Positions 1 to 10,399 of a stretch of 64,000 nucleotides of DNA are shown piece by piece. Under the pieces are notes generated by a model that made no database searches, was not told the origin of the DNA, and saw nothing but the letters and a program-made list of their open reading frames with translations. The DNA comes from an uncultured Actinomycetota bacterium (GTDB taxonomy: Bacteria; Actinomycetota; Actinomycetes; Propionibacteriales; Propionibacteriaceae), in contig CAVPPP010000046.1 of NCBI GenBank assembly GCA_963707005.1, forward strand, positions 111,863 to 175,862. The letters run 5' to 3'. How positions within the stretch are numbered: position 1 is the first letter of the stretch; each line of letters begins with the position of its first letter. The translations under genes were made by a program, and so were the position numbers.

Positions 1-319
1 ATCGCGTGTGACGGCGACGAAGGCGTCCACCTCTGCTCGCTGTACTGTGGAAACCAAACATTGCATGTGGCAATGATTACATGACTTGTAGGTCTGTCGG
101 CTCGTGCTGTGCGCTGCTGTTGCGTTCGACGTCGGAGCCCCGACGTGACCTCGCCATCATGCGCAACGGCCCGTTTCGCCGGACGGCGACGAGGCCCCCG
201 AACTCGTCTGCGGCATGATCCTCGACTTCGTCGCGAGACTCCTGGCCTGTTTGGGGCTTGATGACGACGTGCAGGCCCGGCTCAACCGCAGCCCGAGCGA
301 TGCGGCGCCACCGTGGTCG

Positions 320-1372
320 TCAGAGCGCGTCTCGACCCGAGAAACGCGGCGTCACCCTCCGGCTTGCGAATGGTGTGTACCCCGTGGCCGCGTGCGGCAG
401 CTGTTGGAGACTGGACAAGAGTGACGCGGGCAGGGGTTCGGCGACGGCCCGGGCATTCGACCGGATCTGCTCCGGTGTGGTGGCGCCGACGACCACCGAC
501 ACCACGGCCGGCTGCGACGCGAGATAGGCCAAGGCGAGCTCGGCGATGGGACGGCCGAGCCGGGCGGCCACTGCGTCGATGTGGCCCAACACATCCCAGT
601 CGGCGGCGGCCAGCCGGGTGGGACTGTGTGCCAGCCGGCTCCCGACCGGGGCTGGCGAGTTCGGTCGGTAGGCACCGCTCAGTAGTCCAGCCGCGAGCGG
701 GAAGTAGGGCAGCACCCCGATCCCGTGGCGCTGGCAGGCAGGTAGCAGGTCGGCTTCAGCGCTGCGGTTGTACAGCGAGTACTCGTTCTGCACCGCGACC
801 ACCGGACTCAATCGCCAGCGGTTCCCGACCTCCACCACTGCGCCGATCTCACCGGCGGTCAAGTTGCAGACCCCTACAGCTCGCACCAGCCCTTGGCTCA
901 CGAGCTCGTCCAAGGCGCCCAAAGTCTCCTCGACCGGGGTCCGCCGATCGGGACTGTGCCACTGGTACAGATCGATGTAGTCGGTGCCCAGGCGTCGCAG
1001 ACTCGCCGTTACCGCCCGGCGGATATACGACGGGGATGACCGCGCCGACTCCTCGCCGTTGCGGCCGTTCATGGTGATGCCGAACTTGGTGGCCAGCACC
1101 ACCCGGTGTCGCCGTCGCCGCCCCACCACCCGACCCAGCATCACCTCGCTGGCCCCAAATCCGTACACGTCGGCGGTGTCGAACGACGTCACCCCCGACT
1201 CGACGGCGGCATCGACGACGGCCCGGGCCCCCCGCTCGTCAAGACGGGTGCCGAAAGCCAGTGTGCCCAGCGTCACCGGTGCGACAGCGACGTCACCGAG
1301 GAACCGCGTGTTCCTCACGACGCGCTCTGCCGGGCCATGGGCGGACCTGGCGGCAACGCCAGTGTTCTCCAC
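320..1372 (-). CDS. aldo/keto reductase family oxidoreductase
   Basis: 350-aa ORF. The N-terminal stretch VAPVTLGTLAFGTRLDERGARAVVDAAVESGVTSFDTADVYG is a typical AKR signature. The true start may be internal. Confidence 0.8.
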   Translation of the reverse strand: MENTGVAARSAHGPAERVVRNTRFLGDVAVAPVTLGTLAFGTRLDERGARAVVDAAVESGVTSFDTADVYGFGASEVMLGRVVGRRRRHRVVLATKFGITMNGRNGEESARSSPSYIRRAVTASLRRLGTDYIDLYQWHSPDRRTPVEETLGALDELVSQGLVRAVGVCNLTAGEIGAVVEVGNRWRLSPVVAVQNEYSLYNRSAEADLLPACQRHGIGVLPYFPLAAGLLSGAYRPNSPAPVGSRLAHSPTRLAAADWDVLGHIDAVAARLGRPIAELALAYLASQPAVVSVVVGATTPEQIRSNARAVAEPLPASLLSSLQQLPHAATGYTPFASRRVTPRFSGRDAL

Positions 1373-1439
1373 AGATGTGCCCCTTTCGTGTGACTGTTCG
1401 TGAGCGCCCGCTCATCGCGAGTCGGCCGCACCCAATGTC

Positions 1440-1454
1440 TATCGCACTACGATA
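1440..1454. promoter_or_regulatory. palindromic operator candidate TATCGcactaCGATA
   Basis: Perfect 5-bp inverted repeat with 5-bp spacer, 68 bp upstream of the aldo/keto reductase start. Same consensus as sites at 7667, 13346 and 19879. Confidence 0.45.
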
Positions 1455-1903
1455 TATGTCTGGCTGGGAGGTCTCAGGGACTGGAACGACGGGGAAGCCG
1501 GTTGAATCTTGGTGCCAGCCGTCGTCGGGTCTCAGGGTTGTGGGGTGGGGACCTGCCGCAGCTGTCGGGCGCCTGGACCGGCGGTCAAGACCGCGAGTTG
1601 CGCACGTCGGCCTCGATCGCGACCGCCGAATGGGCTTTGGGTGTACCCGGCCAGGAGGTTGCCGACACGACGCAGACGGCTGTTGACGTAGCCAAGCCGA
1701 TCCGGGCCTCGTTCTCTCGGCTCCGGTGCTGCCCATCCGACCGCCGTGAGCTTTTCCAGTCGTGGATCCGGCCGACTCTTTTTCACGTCCATGTCGATCA
1801 GGGATCTGGTGGTGGTGTTCGTGCGGACCGTCGGCCCATTTGAAGTCCAGAGTCATCGGCGAACGGACGAAAGCCGGAATGAGCTGGATGCAGTGGTTTG
1901 AGG

Positions 1904-2995
1904 TCAGCGGCCGAGCAGGATCACCCCGAAGTAGGCGGTGGCGGCGACGAGCAGCCAAGACAGAAGCCCGAGGAACAGGGCCCGCCCTCCGGTGCGTCGC
2001 AGAGTCTGGAGGTTGATGGTGGTTCCGAGGCCGAAGAGGGCCGCCACGAGCAGCGCCTCCTGCAGCAGCTGCGCGTGGAGCAGCACGGTGGCCGGCAGCC
2101 AGCCGGTGCTGGTGAGGGCGACGGCAATCAGGAACCCGACGACGAAGAGCGGCATGATCGGGGGGCGTCGCTGGCGGGTGTCGGTGTTGCGGTGGAGCGC
2201 GAGTCGCCGGTGCAGGCCGACGGCGGCGACCAGCGGCGCGAGCAGGATGACGCGGCTGAGCTTGACCACCACGGCGGCGTCGAGGGCACCATCGACGCGG
2301 CTTGCGGTGGCGACAGTCTGACCGACGTCGTGGACACTGGCTCCCACCCAGCTGCCGAAGCCGATGGCGTCCAGGTGGAGCGGGTCCTGGAGGAGTGGCA
2401 GCAGCACGATGGCGAGGCTGCCACAGAGGGTGACCAGGGCGATGGCGACGGCAATGTCGTCTTCGTCGGCGTCGGCGGCGTCGCTCATGGCGGCGATCGC
2501 CGACGCTCCGCAGATCGAGAACCCAGTGGCGATCAGCAGCGTCCGGGTCCGCGACAGGCGCAGCAGCCGACCGAGCAGCTGCGTGCCGACGAAGGTGACC
2601 GCCACGGTCACGACCACCACGGCCAGCCCGCCCAGACCGAGGGCCTGGAGCTGCGGCAAACCAAGCTGCAGGCCGAGGAGAACGACGGCGAGCCGCAGCA
2701 GGCGGTGTGAGGCCACGTGGGTGCCGGCCCGCAGTGCCGTTCGGTGCAGACCAAGGTTGGTGACCAGGACGCCGAGCACAACGGCGACGGTGGCCGCGTT
2801 GATCTCATGGATCATCTCGCTGAGGACGAACGATGCGGCCGCGGCGGCCGCGGTCACCAGCAGACCGGGCCAGGCCGGGCCCCTACCGTCGGTCCGCAGG
2901 AACAGGTGCCGGGGACTCAGCGGCGCCAGGTCACAGTCGGGCCGACACCGGCTCCACCGGTGCCCGCCGGGTTCGGCGGGTTGAGCAGTGCTCAT
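1904..2995 (-). CDS. YeiH/UPF0324 family putative sulfate exporter (membrane protein)
   Basis: Polytopic hydrophobic ORF with an FSICGASAIAA motif. AAGGAA RBS 7 nt before the ATG at 2995 (MSTAQP...). The longer 399-aa ORF start is probably spurious. Confidence 0.7.
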   Translation of the reverse strand: MSTAQPAEPGGHRWSRCRPDCDLAPLSPRHLFLRTDGRGPAWPGLLVTAAAAAASFVLSEMIHEINAATVAVVLGVLVTNLGLHRTALRAGTHVASHRLLRLAVVLLGLQLGLPQLQALGLGGLAVVVVTVAVTFVGTQLLGRLLRLSRTRTLLIATGFSICGASAIAAMSDAADADEDDIAVAIALVTLCGSLAIVLLPLLQDPLHLDAIGFGSWVGASVHDVGQTVATASRVDGALDAAVVVKLSRVILLAPLVAAVGLHRRLALHRNTDTRQRRPPIMPLFVVGFLIAVALTSTGWLPATVLLHAQLLQEALLVAALFGLGTTINLQTLRRTGGRALFLGLLSWLLVAATAYFGVILLGR

Positions 2996-4505
2996 CGGTT
3001 CCTTGGTCAATCGCAGGTCAAGTCGGACGTGTGCAGGGCCAGCACTGGGGCAGCCTGGCTGGACTCGATGGGGAATGACGGGCCCTTGTCGTGGTGGAGG
3101 CACTGCAGGTGCGGGTGCTGGTTACCACCCCGGGCAGGGAACCGGACTTCGATGGCTGGTGGTTTCTCAGTGGCGCTCGGACGAGGTGCGAAGGGAGAGC
3201 GAAGCGGCGGCGAGGGCGATGATGGCTGGCCCAGGGTGGCCGATCACTAGGAAGAAGACTGTGCCGACGATGCCGAGGACGACCTTGATCGTGGTATGCC
3301 GCTGGTGCATGTCGGGGCGGTGGTCGGGATGGCGGACAGGTGAGCGCTGGTGCTGGGCGTCGTGTCCGGGTTTTCGCTTGGTGAACAGTGCGGTGCTGCG
3401 GGCGGTCATCGGATTCCCTATCGTGTTGGGGGTTCGGTGGGCGGTGATGTTGGTCCTTGATCAGGCCGCATCGAGTAGCGGGGATCCTGGCCGGCATCAG
3501 ATTGATAGTCGACCAGGGTCGTGATGCGGCCGGTACCCGAAGTGCTTTATGGGTGCCGGTAGGGGGTGGGGGGCTGCCGCCCGGATGTGCGGACGGCGTG
3601 CGGTGCGGGGCATCGATGGTGTACGCAAACGCGATACGTCCTCTGGCTGGACGGCCTCCTCGGATCAGCTCCAATGATCGCCGTCAAGTTGATGTCGCAC
3701 TAGGGGCAGTGTCGGTCATAGTCGAGACGCTCACGTTGCCGAGAATCAGCAACTTGAATGAGGGAAGGGACGCAACTCGCACTGTAAAGGGGAGAGGTCG
3801 ACGGTGATGGGTGGTGGGCGGGCGGGCTGGATGTCGGTCGAGGCGGCGAGTACCTGAGGAACTTCGTTGGCCTCGGTACGGGCAGCGGCGTCGCGTCGGC
3901 TTGCCGCCGAAAAGGGAGTGAACGCTAATCGAGCAATCGATCTCCACCTGCCGGCCAGGTGACTGTAGCGGGCAATGCCGACAGACTCCGGGCCGATTCA
4001 GCGGGGTCTGCGGGAAGGCACAGACGGTGCCGCGATGGTGAACCAGACGTCGATAGTTTCTCGTGGGTGCGGCGAAGTGTTGTACCGGCGCCGTCCCGGC
4101 GCAGCCGGGGCCGGAGAGCCGGACGGCCGCCAACCGACCACGGACGGACTCGACGGATGACCAGCACAGACTCGGTCACGCCGACCAGCAATCCCAGCAG
4201 TCTCGGCAAGTCCGTGATCGTCATGATGGGCGTCGCCGGTAGCGCCGGGTAGGTCTCGGGGTGGATGACCAGGAATTCATCTCGACGGGACCAACGCTCC
4301 CGACGCGATTCCTATCCAGGCATGTGAGGGTCAATGGCATGACCCGATCGCCTTCAAGACTGGCTTGGGGCTGTCACTCTCGACCACAATCTGGGTGCCA
4401 CCTCACCGCATCAACTTGGAGCCCATCTCCATGTGCGCGACTCCGCAGTCGTCGTCAGCCGCTAAAGAGACTGTGCAGAACAGCAGAAGCGTCCGGCTTG
4501 CTAGA

Positions 4506-5225
4506 TCAGGGGTGTCTGCGCTCGTAGAGCGGGGTTGCCACTGGTCTGCGATGAGCCGTCTGGGTATCCGTCGTGGACTGGGGCTGGTCGAACATGTCGG
4601 TGGTGGCTGTTGCTCCGGTGACGTGGGCGAGTCGCGCCAGCTCGGAGCCGAAGAATGGGGGTTCGCCACGGCGGCCGACGATCACCGCTCGATGGTCGGC
4701 CATGGGTGAGACGACAGCATGGTGGGCGTCTGCCCCGGGGATCCAATCGGGTTCAAGGGCTACGCGGTGGAGCAGGTCGAAGGGACCGAATCTTCGCAGT
4801 TGGTCGGCGGCGAGGTCGGGTGCAGCCGGGGTGGCGAAGGTGACCTGCGGTGCGGCCGAGACGTCAAGCAACACACTCCACTGCGCCCGAAAGACCAAGG
4901 GAGCCGCTGACGCCAAGATCTCACCCGCTCGGGAGGGGTCGGCAGCGATGCGTCGGTGCAGCTCAATGTCGTACTCGATGCCGCCGCCACGTGGATAGTT
5001 GCGCACCCATTCCACCTGCACCGACTCCAGACGGTCGCAGGCCGCCACCAGCTCTTCCACCGTCTGGGTGGGCGGCAGATCCAAGATGAACTCCTCCACC
5101 TCGATCTCGCCGCGCTTCTCGACGATCTCTACCATGTTGATGTCGGCACCAAGCGCACCCAGTGCTGATGCCACGGCGCCCAGGGTTCCCGGCCGATTCG
5201 GCATCTGAACTCGAATAAGTAGCAC
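4506..5225 (-). CDS. ACT domain-containing protein
   Basis: The N-terminal LLIRVQMPNRPGTLGAVASALGALGADINMVEIV matches the ACT ligand-binding fold. 239 aa. Confidence 0.6.
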   Translation of the reverse strand: MLLIRVQMPNRPGTLGAVASALGALGADINMVEIVEKRGEIEVEEFILDLPPTQTVEELVAACDRLESVQVEWVRNYPRGGGIEYDIELHRRIAADPSRAGEILASAAPLVFRAQWSVLLDVSAAPQVTFATPAAPDLAADQLRRFGPFDLLHRVALEPDWIPGADAHHAVVSPMADHRAVIVGRRGEPPFFGSELARLAHVTGATATTDMFDQPQSTTDTQTAHRRPVATPLYERRHP

Positions 5226-5338
5226 TCGACAATTCTGCAGGATTTTGCATCGACGGTGGACCTTCTCCCGGCGCCGCAGATCGCAGTAAGCGAGCTGGGA
5301 CTGGCGTTAACGGCGTTTCCGGCCCAACCCGCTGACTG

Positions 5339-5600
5339 ATGGTCAGCGGGGAAGGTGCCGTGACGACGACACTGGAGATTGTGCCGAAGAAGACGAAGCC
5401 GGAGCCCTCTGCGGAGGAACTGGCGGCCAAGGAACTGGTCCGGGTAGCCCGAGAGCAGGGTCCGTCCTTGACCGGCCCGGACGGGCTGTTGAAGCAGTTC
5501 ACCAAGAGTGTGCTCGAGACAGCGTTGAACGTGGAGATGACCGAACACCTCGGCCATAAGAAACACAGGGCACCGGAGGAGCGGGACTCCACCAACGGCT
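5339..5600 (+). mobile_element. IS256-family transposase N-terminal fragment (remnant)
   Basis: LTGPDGLLKQFTKSVLETALNVEMTEHLGHKKH is the conserved N-terminal region of IS256/mutator transposases. The ORF degenerates after about 85 aa. Confidence 0.6.
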
Positions 5601-5891
5601 GTCCATCGAGAAATAGTGCGCCGATGCCGGCGATCAAGCCAGTGCCGTCGAGTGCCCGACCCCGCACAACGCAGAGAAGACAGCTGCGAAGAAGGCTCCC
5701 GCTCGGCCCGGGGGAACCGAAGGGCGGACAGACATGCGCGCCTCCCTCGAAACCAGCGGACCCTCGTGGTCACTGAAGAGCCTGTGATCATTCCGTCCCC
5801 GAGCAGGCCCGCGTGATCACGCGGTAGTCGATCCGGGTCGTCGTGGAACGCGGTGCTCTGGTGATCCCAGGCTCTGGGGCAGTCTCCGATG

Positions 5892-6614
5892 TCAGGTGAG
5901 GTTGGACAATCCCGCGGCTACGGCGAATCCGAGCACGGTCGCAAGGCCGGCGATGTTGCCGGCCTTCTCTCGGGCCTCGGGCACCATCGAGTCGACCAGC
6001 ATCACCAGTAGCGCCCCTGCGGCGAACCCGTCGATTCCGGCCTGAACATTGCCGCTGGCGAGGTCGGCGAGTGCGTAGCCACCGACCGTGGCGAGGGCGC
6101 AGACGACCGCCACACCGACCCACAGCCGGATCACTGCGGCGGGGGACTTGCCCGCTGCGCGCATGTCAGCGGCGGAGCCGACCCCTTCGGGAAGGTTGGA
6201 CACGAAGATGGCGACCAGTAACGCCACACTGACGCCTTCTCCGGTCGCCAACCCGATCCCCAGGACCGCCTGCTCGGGGATCCCGTCGAGGAGCGCGCCC
6301 AGGGCCAGGGGCAGTCCGGCCGCTCCGCCGCCGTTGCGCCCGCCCAGTCTCTCGACAGCTCGGTCGGCGACGAAGAACGTGACGGCTCCCAGGGCCAGGC
6401 CGATGGCCACGCTGGTGGGTGTGCCGATCTGCAGACCCTGCTGCGCCAGCTCGAACGCGACGCTGGAGATGAGGGCGCCGGCACCGAAGGCCAGCACGGT
6501 CCCGACGACAGCGTCCGGCCACCGACGGGCCAGCGCCAGCAGCGCACCCAGGACCAGTGAGGCGGCCGCCAGTGCACCCCATCCCAAAGCGATCAGCACA
6601 GCTCGATCTTGCAC
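5892..6614 (-). CDS. ZIP family metal (zinc) transporter
   Basis: 240-aa membrane protein with ZIP-like helices and a conserved LPEGV-type motif (FVSNLPEGVGSAADM). GTG start. Confidence 0.7.
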   Translation of the reverse strand: MQDRAVLIALGWGALAAASLVLGALLALARRWPDAVVGTVLAFGAGALISSVAFELAQQGLQIGTPTSVAIGLALGAVTFFVADRAVERLGGRNGGGAAGLPLALGALLDGIPEQAVLGIGLATGEGVSVALLVAIFVSNLPEGVGSAADMRAAGKSPAAVIRLWVGVAVVCALATVGGYALADLASGNVQAGIDGFAAGALLVMLVDSMVPEAREKAGNIAGLATVLGFAVAAGLSNLT

Positions 6615-6919
6615 CCAGGACCTGGTTGGTCACATCCGTGGCAGGGCACCGACGACTCGACGATCGGCTCGCTGTCTAGCTCGAGTGCGGCATCGACGTC
6701 TTGTTCCGGAAGAACTCGCAGATATGGGGTACTGATTGAACAGAGCCAGCCGGTGTCGTCTCGGTGACCGCCACCTCCCCGACCGGTGACGGCGGCGCAC
6801 GCGTCGCTCACTTTCGGCGGGGCAGTCGGACGCGCGAGTGGGTCTGACGCTCATGCCTTCGTCGGTCGAGCAGGAACCGCGTCTGGGGTCCGAGCTCGTA
6901 GCCGCCGATCCATCCTGCG

Positions 6920-7312
6920 TCAGGTTGGCTGGTTGGTTCGGTCGGCAACAGCGGGCCAACCTGAGGGCGTACGGATGAAGTCGGCCGGGGCGAACACTGC
7001 GAGCAGTGTCGCCGGACGGCCTGATCCATTGGCCAACCCGATCCGTTCTCCTCGCGCAACGTAGACGAGAGTGCCTGGGACCAGCGTGGCTTCCCGGCCA
7101 CCGCCGCGGATTCTCAGCTCGCCGTCGAGCATGACAAGGAGGGCGGCTGATGCTCCGTGGGTGTGCTCAGGCATGCCGCCACCGGCTGGAATAGTGAGGT
7201 GAGCAGCCGCCAGTTCGGCGCCGTCCTGGTCGTCGACCAGGATCTCGACGCTCGGGCCCAGCGGCAGCGGCGCTCGCCGCACTGCCCCGTGGCCCGGGAC
7301 TACAACGCGCAT
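6920..7312 (-). CDS. cupin domain protein
   Basis: Cupin motifs (GGGMPEHTHGASAALLVMLDGEL). Start trimmed to ATG at 7312 (MRVVVPGHG). Confidence 0.6.
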   Translation of the reverse strand: MRVVVPGHGAVRRAPLPLGPSVEILVDDQDGAELAAAHLTIPAGGGMPEHTHGASAALLVMLDGELRIRGGGREATLVPGTLVYVARGERIGLANGSGRPATLLAVFAPADFIRTPSGWPAVADRTNQPT

Positions 7313-7663
7313 GAAAGCTCCTTCTTGAGTATGAGGTGGGTGGTCACCACATGAGGTGGACGCGCCGACATGACCGACTTTGCGGCGCTCGACGGTAGAT
7401 CCGGTGCTTGATCGCCTCCACCGTCGGCACCGCTTGCCTGCCCGATCCGAGGGCTCGGCGAGGATTCCAGGTCGCGGACACGCGTCGACCGTCATGTCGC
7501 GCAGGTCATCGCTCAGCCTCTCGCTCAAGCCGGAGTTTAGCGGACCGCCGTCCTCTAATAGCGGCCGCGTCCGTTTGCAGTTGCCGGCCACCTCGCCAAT
7601 GCCCAGCACGGCGTTGTCGGCGCGCTCGCGGGGGTCGCAGAGGAGCCTCTCGACTTATATGTC

Positions 7664-7681
7664 GTAATACGATATATCTAG
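7664..7681. promoter_or_regulatory. palindromic operator candidate (a)TGTCGtaataCGATAta
   Basis: Variant of TATCG-N5-CGATA in the divergent cupin/GNAT intergenic region. Confidence 0.4.
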
Positions 7682-7858
7682 GTGAGGGCATTGGGCGTCG
7701 CGACCTGCGCACCGAACGTCTGCGAGAGGGGCGTCGGATCGCTGCCTGCTCGGCGGTCACAATCTGGGTTCTGTGGCCGTGGGGAAGGTCAGCGAGACGT
7801 CGCCTAACGACTGTCGGACCGACATGGTTTCGGGTCGTCCCACGAAGGGAGAGCTGAG

Positions 7859-8434
7859 ATGGAGAGTGTCACCGTACGAGTGCTCGGCGTGGACCAGTGG
7901 CGGGAGTATCGCGCCCTACGTTTGGCTGCGCTGAAGGATTCGCCCCATGCCTTCTCGAGCAGTCTCGACGAGGAGCTGACCCACGACGAGCAGCAGTGGC
8001 GTGCGTGCATGGTGCGTGCCCACCGGCTGCAGGCTGAGCGTGATGGTGCTCCGGTTGGGGTCGTGTCGGTCGGTCCGACGGCAGACGAGGAGGGCTCGGC
8101 CGACGTGTTCGGACTCTGGGTGGACAGTGCGGCTCGCAACACCGGGGTGGCATGGGGTCTGGTGGAGGCGGCCTGCGACCAGGCGTTGAAGAGCGGGTGG
8201 GGTCATCTGTACTACTGGGTCGGAACCCAGAACGGGCGAGCTATCGGTTTCGCCAGCAACTTCGGCTTCCGGCCCACGTCGCACCGACGGACGGCACGTA
8301 CCCCATGTGTGGACTGCGGGGAGCACCAGGAGATCGCGATGGTGCTCTCGCTGCCGAGCAATGCGGGTGTGCCGAACCCGATGGGTCCGCGGCTGATCAG
8401 CCAGCCCGGTCCGGCCGGGGGTGGTGTGTCCTGA
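7859..8434 (+). CDS. GNAT family N-acetyltransferase
   Basis: 191 aa. The acetyl-CoA binding region VGVVSVGP...GLWVDSAARNTGVAWGLVEAA is typical of GNAT. Confidence 0.7.
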   Translation: MESVTVRVLGVDQWREYRALRLAALKDSPHAFSSSLDEELTHDEQQWRACMVRAHRLQAERDGAPVGVVSVGPTADEEGSADVFGLWVDSAARNTGVAWGLVEAACDQALKSGWGHLYYWVGTQNGRAIGFASNFGFRPTSHRRTARTPCVDCGEHQEIAMVLSLPSNAGVPNPMGPRLISQPGPAGGGVS

Positions 8435-8535
8435 CCCCGCCGGCCAAAGCGGACCGCTGCTAGGCGTTGTCTTGTCCGGGTGTCGTCGCGGGTCGCTCCT
8501 GGGTTGAGGGGAAGAATATCCTCTAAACTGTTCTG

Positions 8536-9255
8536 GTGTCCGACGTGATGCCTGAGGGTCGTTACGCAGCTCTGGCGGTGCCCTCACGTCGGCGCCTGCT
8601 CGACATCCTGCGCGCGGCCGACAGTCCCATGGACGCGGCCACCCTGGCCGAGGCGGTCGGGCTTCACCTGACGACAACCCGGTTCCATCTCGATGTTCTG
8701 GAGCAGGCCCGACTCGTCCACCGGTTCGTCGACCGCGGCGGTCGACCGGGTCGACCACGGGTGCTCTACCAGGTGGTCGATGAAGCGAGCCAGGAGTCGG
8801 GCCCGGACGACAGATACCAGGAACTGGCGGCCGTGCTGGCCGAGGCGCTCAATGGAGAGCCTGACCTCACACGACAACGAGCAGAAGATGCGGGTCGACG
8901 CTGGGCAGAGACGCAGGTGCCGGTGCAGGACCTGTCGTGGGAGGACGGCACCCGGCAGGTCGGGGACGTGTTCGCCCGGCTGGGATTCGCCCCGCGCGTG
9001 GTCGACGACCATGACGGCCGACACGTGGAGCTGACCGCCTGCCCGTTCCGCGAGGTGGCGCGCGACCACCCCCAGGTCGTGTGCGCCGTCCACGCCGGTC
9101 TGCTGCAGGGCACGCTGAGTCGATTGGGTGTCCCGGAGGCCCAGCAGGCCGGTATCCGCCCGTTCGTCGCCCCCGACCTGTGCATCGTCGACCTGCCGCG
9201 CCGAGGCGGCACGGACAGCGGTTCGGTGCCGCCGGCGCGCTCACCCCGAAGTTGA
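8536..9255 (+). CDS. winged-HTH (ArsR-like) transcriptional regulator
   Basis: N-terminal wHTH ([44 protein letters not shown]). The C-terminal domain carries a CPF...C..H motif. Paralogue of 21490..22185. Confidence 0.6.
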   Translation: MSDVMPEGRYAALAVPSRRRLLDILRAADSPMDAATLAEAVGLHLTTTRFHLDVLEQARLVHRFVDRGGRPGRPRVLYQVVDEASQESGPDDRYQELAAVLAEALNGEPDLTRQRAEDAGRRWAETQVPVQDLSWEDGTRQVGDVFARLGFAPRVVDDHDGRHVELTACPFREVARDHPQVVCAVHAGLLQGTLSRLGVPEAQQAGIRPFVAPDLCIVDLPRRGGTDSGSVPPARSPRS

Positions 9256-9347
9256 CGTTCGCGACACCCCGCCGTAGTAAAAACTATTGTGATCCCTTAA
9301 ACTCGGTGATGCCGAGTGCCCTCGGTCGATGGGGGAGGGGAGTCGCT

Positions 9348-9707
9348 GTGACGTATGTGATCGCCCAGCCATGTATCGATGTGGTGGACCGGGCCTGCGT
9401 GGATGAGTGTCCGGTCGACTGCATCTACGAGGGTGCCCGAGCTCTGTACATCCACCCCGATGAATGTGTCGACTGCGGAGCCTGCGAGCCCGTCTGCCCG
9501 GTCGAGGCGATCTTCTACGAAGACGACGTCCCGGCGCCGTGGTCACCGTTCATCGCCGACAACGCGAGGTTCTTCACCGATCCGCTGCCGGGACGGTCCG
9601 CCGCGCTGGCCTCGCCCGGGGGCGCGGCCAGGCTGGGTCGGGTGGGCGCCGACACGGCCCTGGTCGCCGCGCATCCCCTCCCCGTTCCCGCCTCGGGTGA
9701 AGGATGA
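9348..9707 (+). CDS. fdxA: 7Fe ferredoxin FdxA
   Basis: [61 protein letters not shown] is a near-canonical actinobacterial FdxA. GTG start with GGGGAGGGG RBS. Confidence 0.9.
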   Translation: MTYVIAQPCIDVVDRACVDECPVDCIYEGARALYIHPDECVDCGACEPVCPVEAIFYEDDVPAPWSPFIADNARFFTDPLPGRSAALASPGGAARLGRVGADTALVAAHPLPVPASGEG

Positions 9708-9866
9708 CCCGCCTTCTCCGGTCCGGTACGCAACCTCGCCACCTCGACGCTGACGTCGGCTGCGCGGCGGCCACGATCACCGATGGGGGAGCACCGACCC
9801 CGATGACGACCCCGGACCGGGTCATCGGCTCCTGGGCGGCCTCCACCGGCCCTCCGATGACAGCTG

Positions 9867-10325
9867 GTGCCCTTCGTCGTCCCGGGGATGCTTGCTGTGG
9901 TGGCCGGGGGGCTGCTGGCGGCCGTCGTCGCGCCCGCCCCCACCGAGCACGCCACGTGGGCGGCCGCCTACCTGGTCCTGGTCTGGGGTGTCGCGCAGGT
10001 GGGCCTGGGACTCGGCCAGGGGCTGTGTGCGGGTCGTCTGGCGACCGCCCTGGTCGTGGCCCAGGTCATCGGCTGGAATGTCGGGTCCGCCGCGGTCGTG
10101 GTCGGCACCGTGAGCGGTGTTCCCGCCGTGGCCGATGTCGGTGCCGTCGCTGCTGGTGGTGACCTTGATCTTGTTGGCCCGTGGGGTCACCGGCGGCCCA
10201 GCCAGGCGCCGGGTCGGGGTGCCGTCCTGGGCCCGGCTGAGCTACGGGCTGCTGATCATGGTGCTTCTCGTCAGCATCCCGGTCGGGCTGATCCTGTTAC
10301 GGCTGCGGGCCTGAGCGGTGGCTGA
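9867..10325 (+). CDS. hypothetical membrane protein (possibly frameshifted)
   Basis: The hydrophobic ORF continues in a second frame (10117..10314, VPSLLVVTLILLARGV...). Coding status is uncertain. Confidence 0.25.
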   Translation: MPFVVPGMLAVVAGGLLAAVVAPAPTEHATWAAAYLVLVWGVAQVGLGLGQGLCAGRLATALVVAQVIGWNVGSAAVVVGTVSGVPAVADVGAVAAGGDLDLVGPWGHRRPSQAPGRGAVLGPAELRAADHGASRQHPGRADPVTAAGLSGG

Positions 10326-10399
10326 CCGGTGAGGGACGCCGACACGTTGCTCATCTTCTCTTGTCGTGTATGACCTGTGACGAATGGACGTGGTAGGCG

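Noticed and set aside
313-1077. Long ORFs antisense to or overlapping real genes (e.g. 313..1077, 10875..12026, 21152..21892, 29936..30835, 31847..34207, 36341..37123, 40886..41593, 45329..46138, 62108..62956)
   Set aside because: They have Arg/Pro/Gly-rich compositions typical of wrong-frame translation in 70% GC DNA. They overlap well-supported genes on the other strand and have no domain signatures.
3100-4500. ~1.4 kb with no convincing gene between the YeiH-like gene and the ACT-domain gene; checked for tRNA/ncRNA-like structure
   Set aside because: No cloverleaf or obvious conserved RNA motif is recognisable by eye. Only short, compositionally biased ORFs (e.g. 3167..3409) are present. 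This is left unannotated pending covariance-model searches (Infernal/tRNAscan).
6593-6811. Small Cys/His-rich ORF (…CHGCDQPGPGC…) overlapping the ZIP transporter start; possible metal-sensing leader peptide
   Set aside because: No RBS or start context supports it. It overlaps the ZIP start by 22 nt, and the motif could be chance in GC-rich DNA. I kept it as a note only.
9260-9345. Searched upstream of fdxA, the usp genes and the ATPase for a mycobacterial-type DosR box (GGGACTTTAGTCCC)
   Set aside because: No match beyond partial half-sites (e.g. GATCCCTTAAACTC at ~9290). The dormancy-like theme therefore rests on gene content only.
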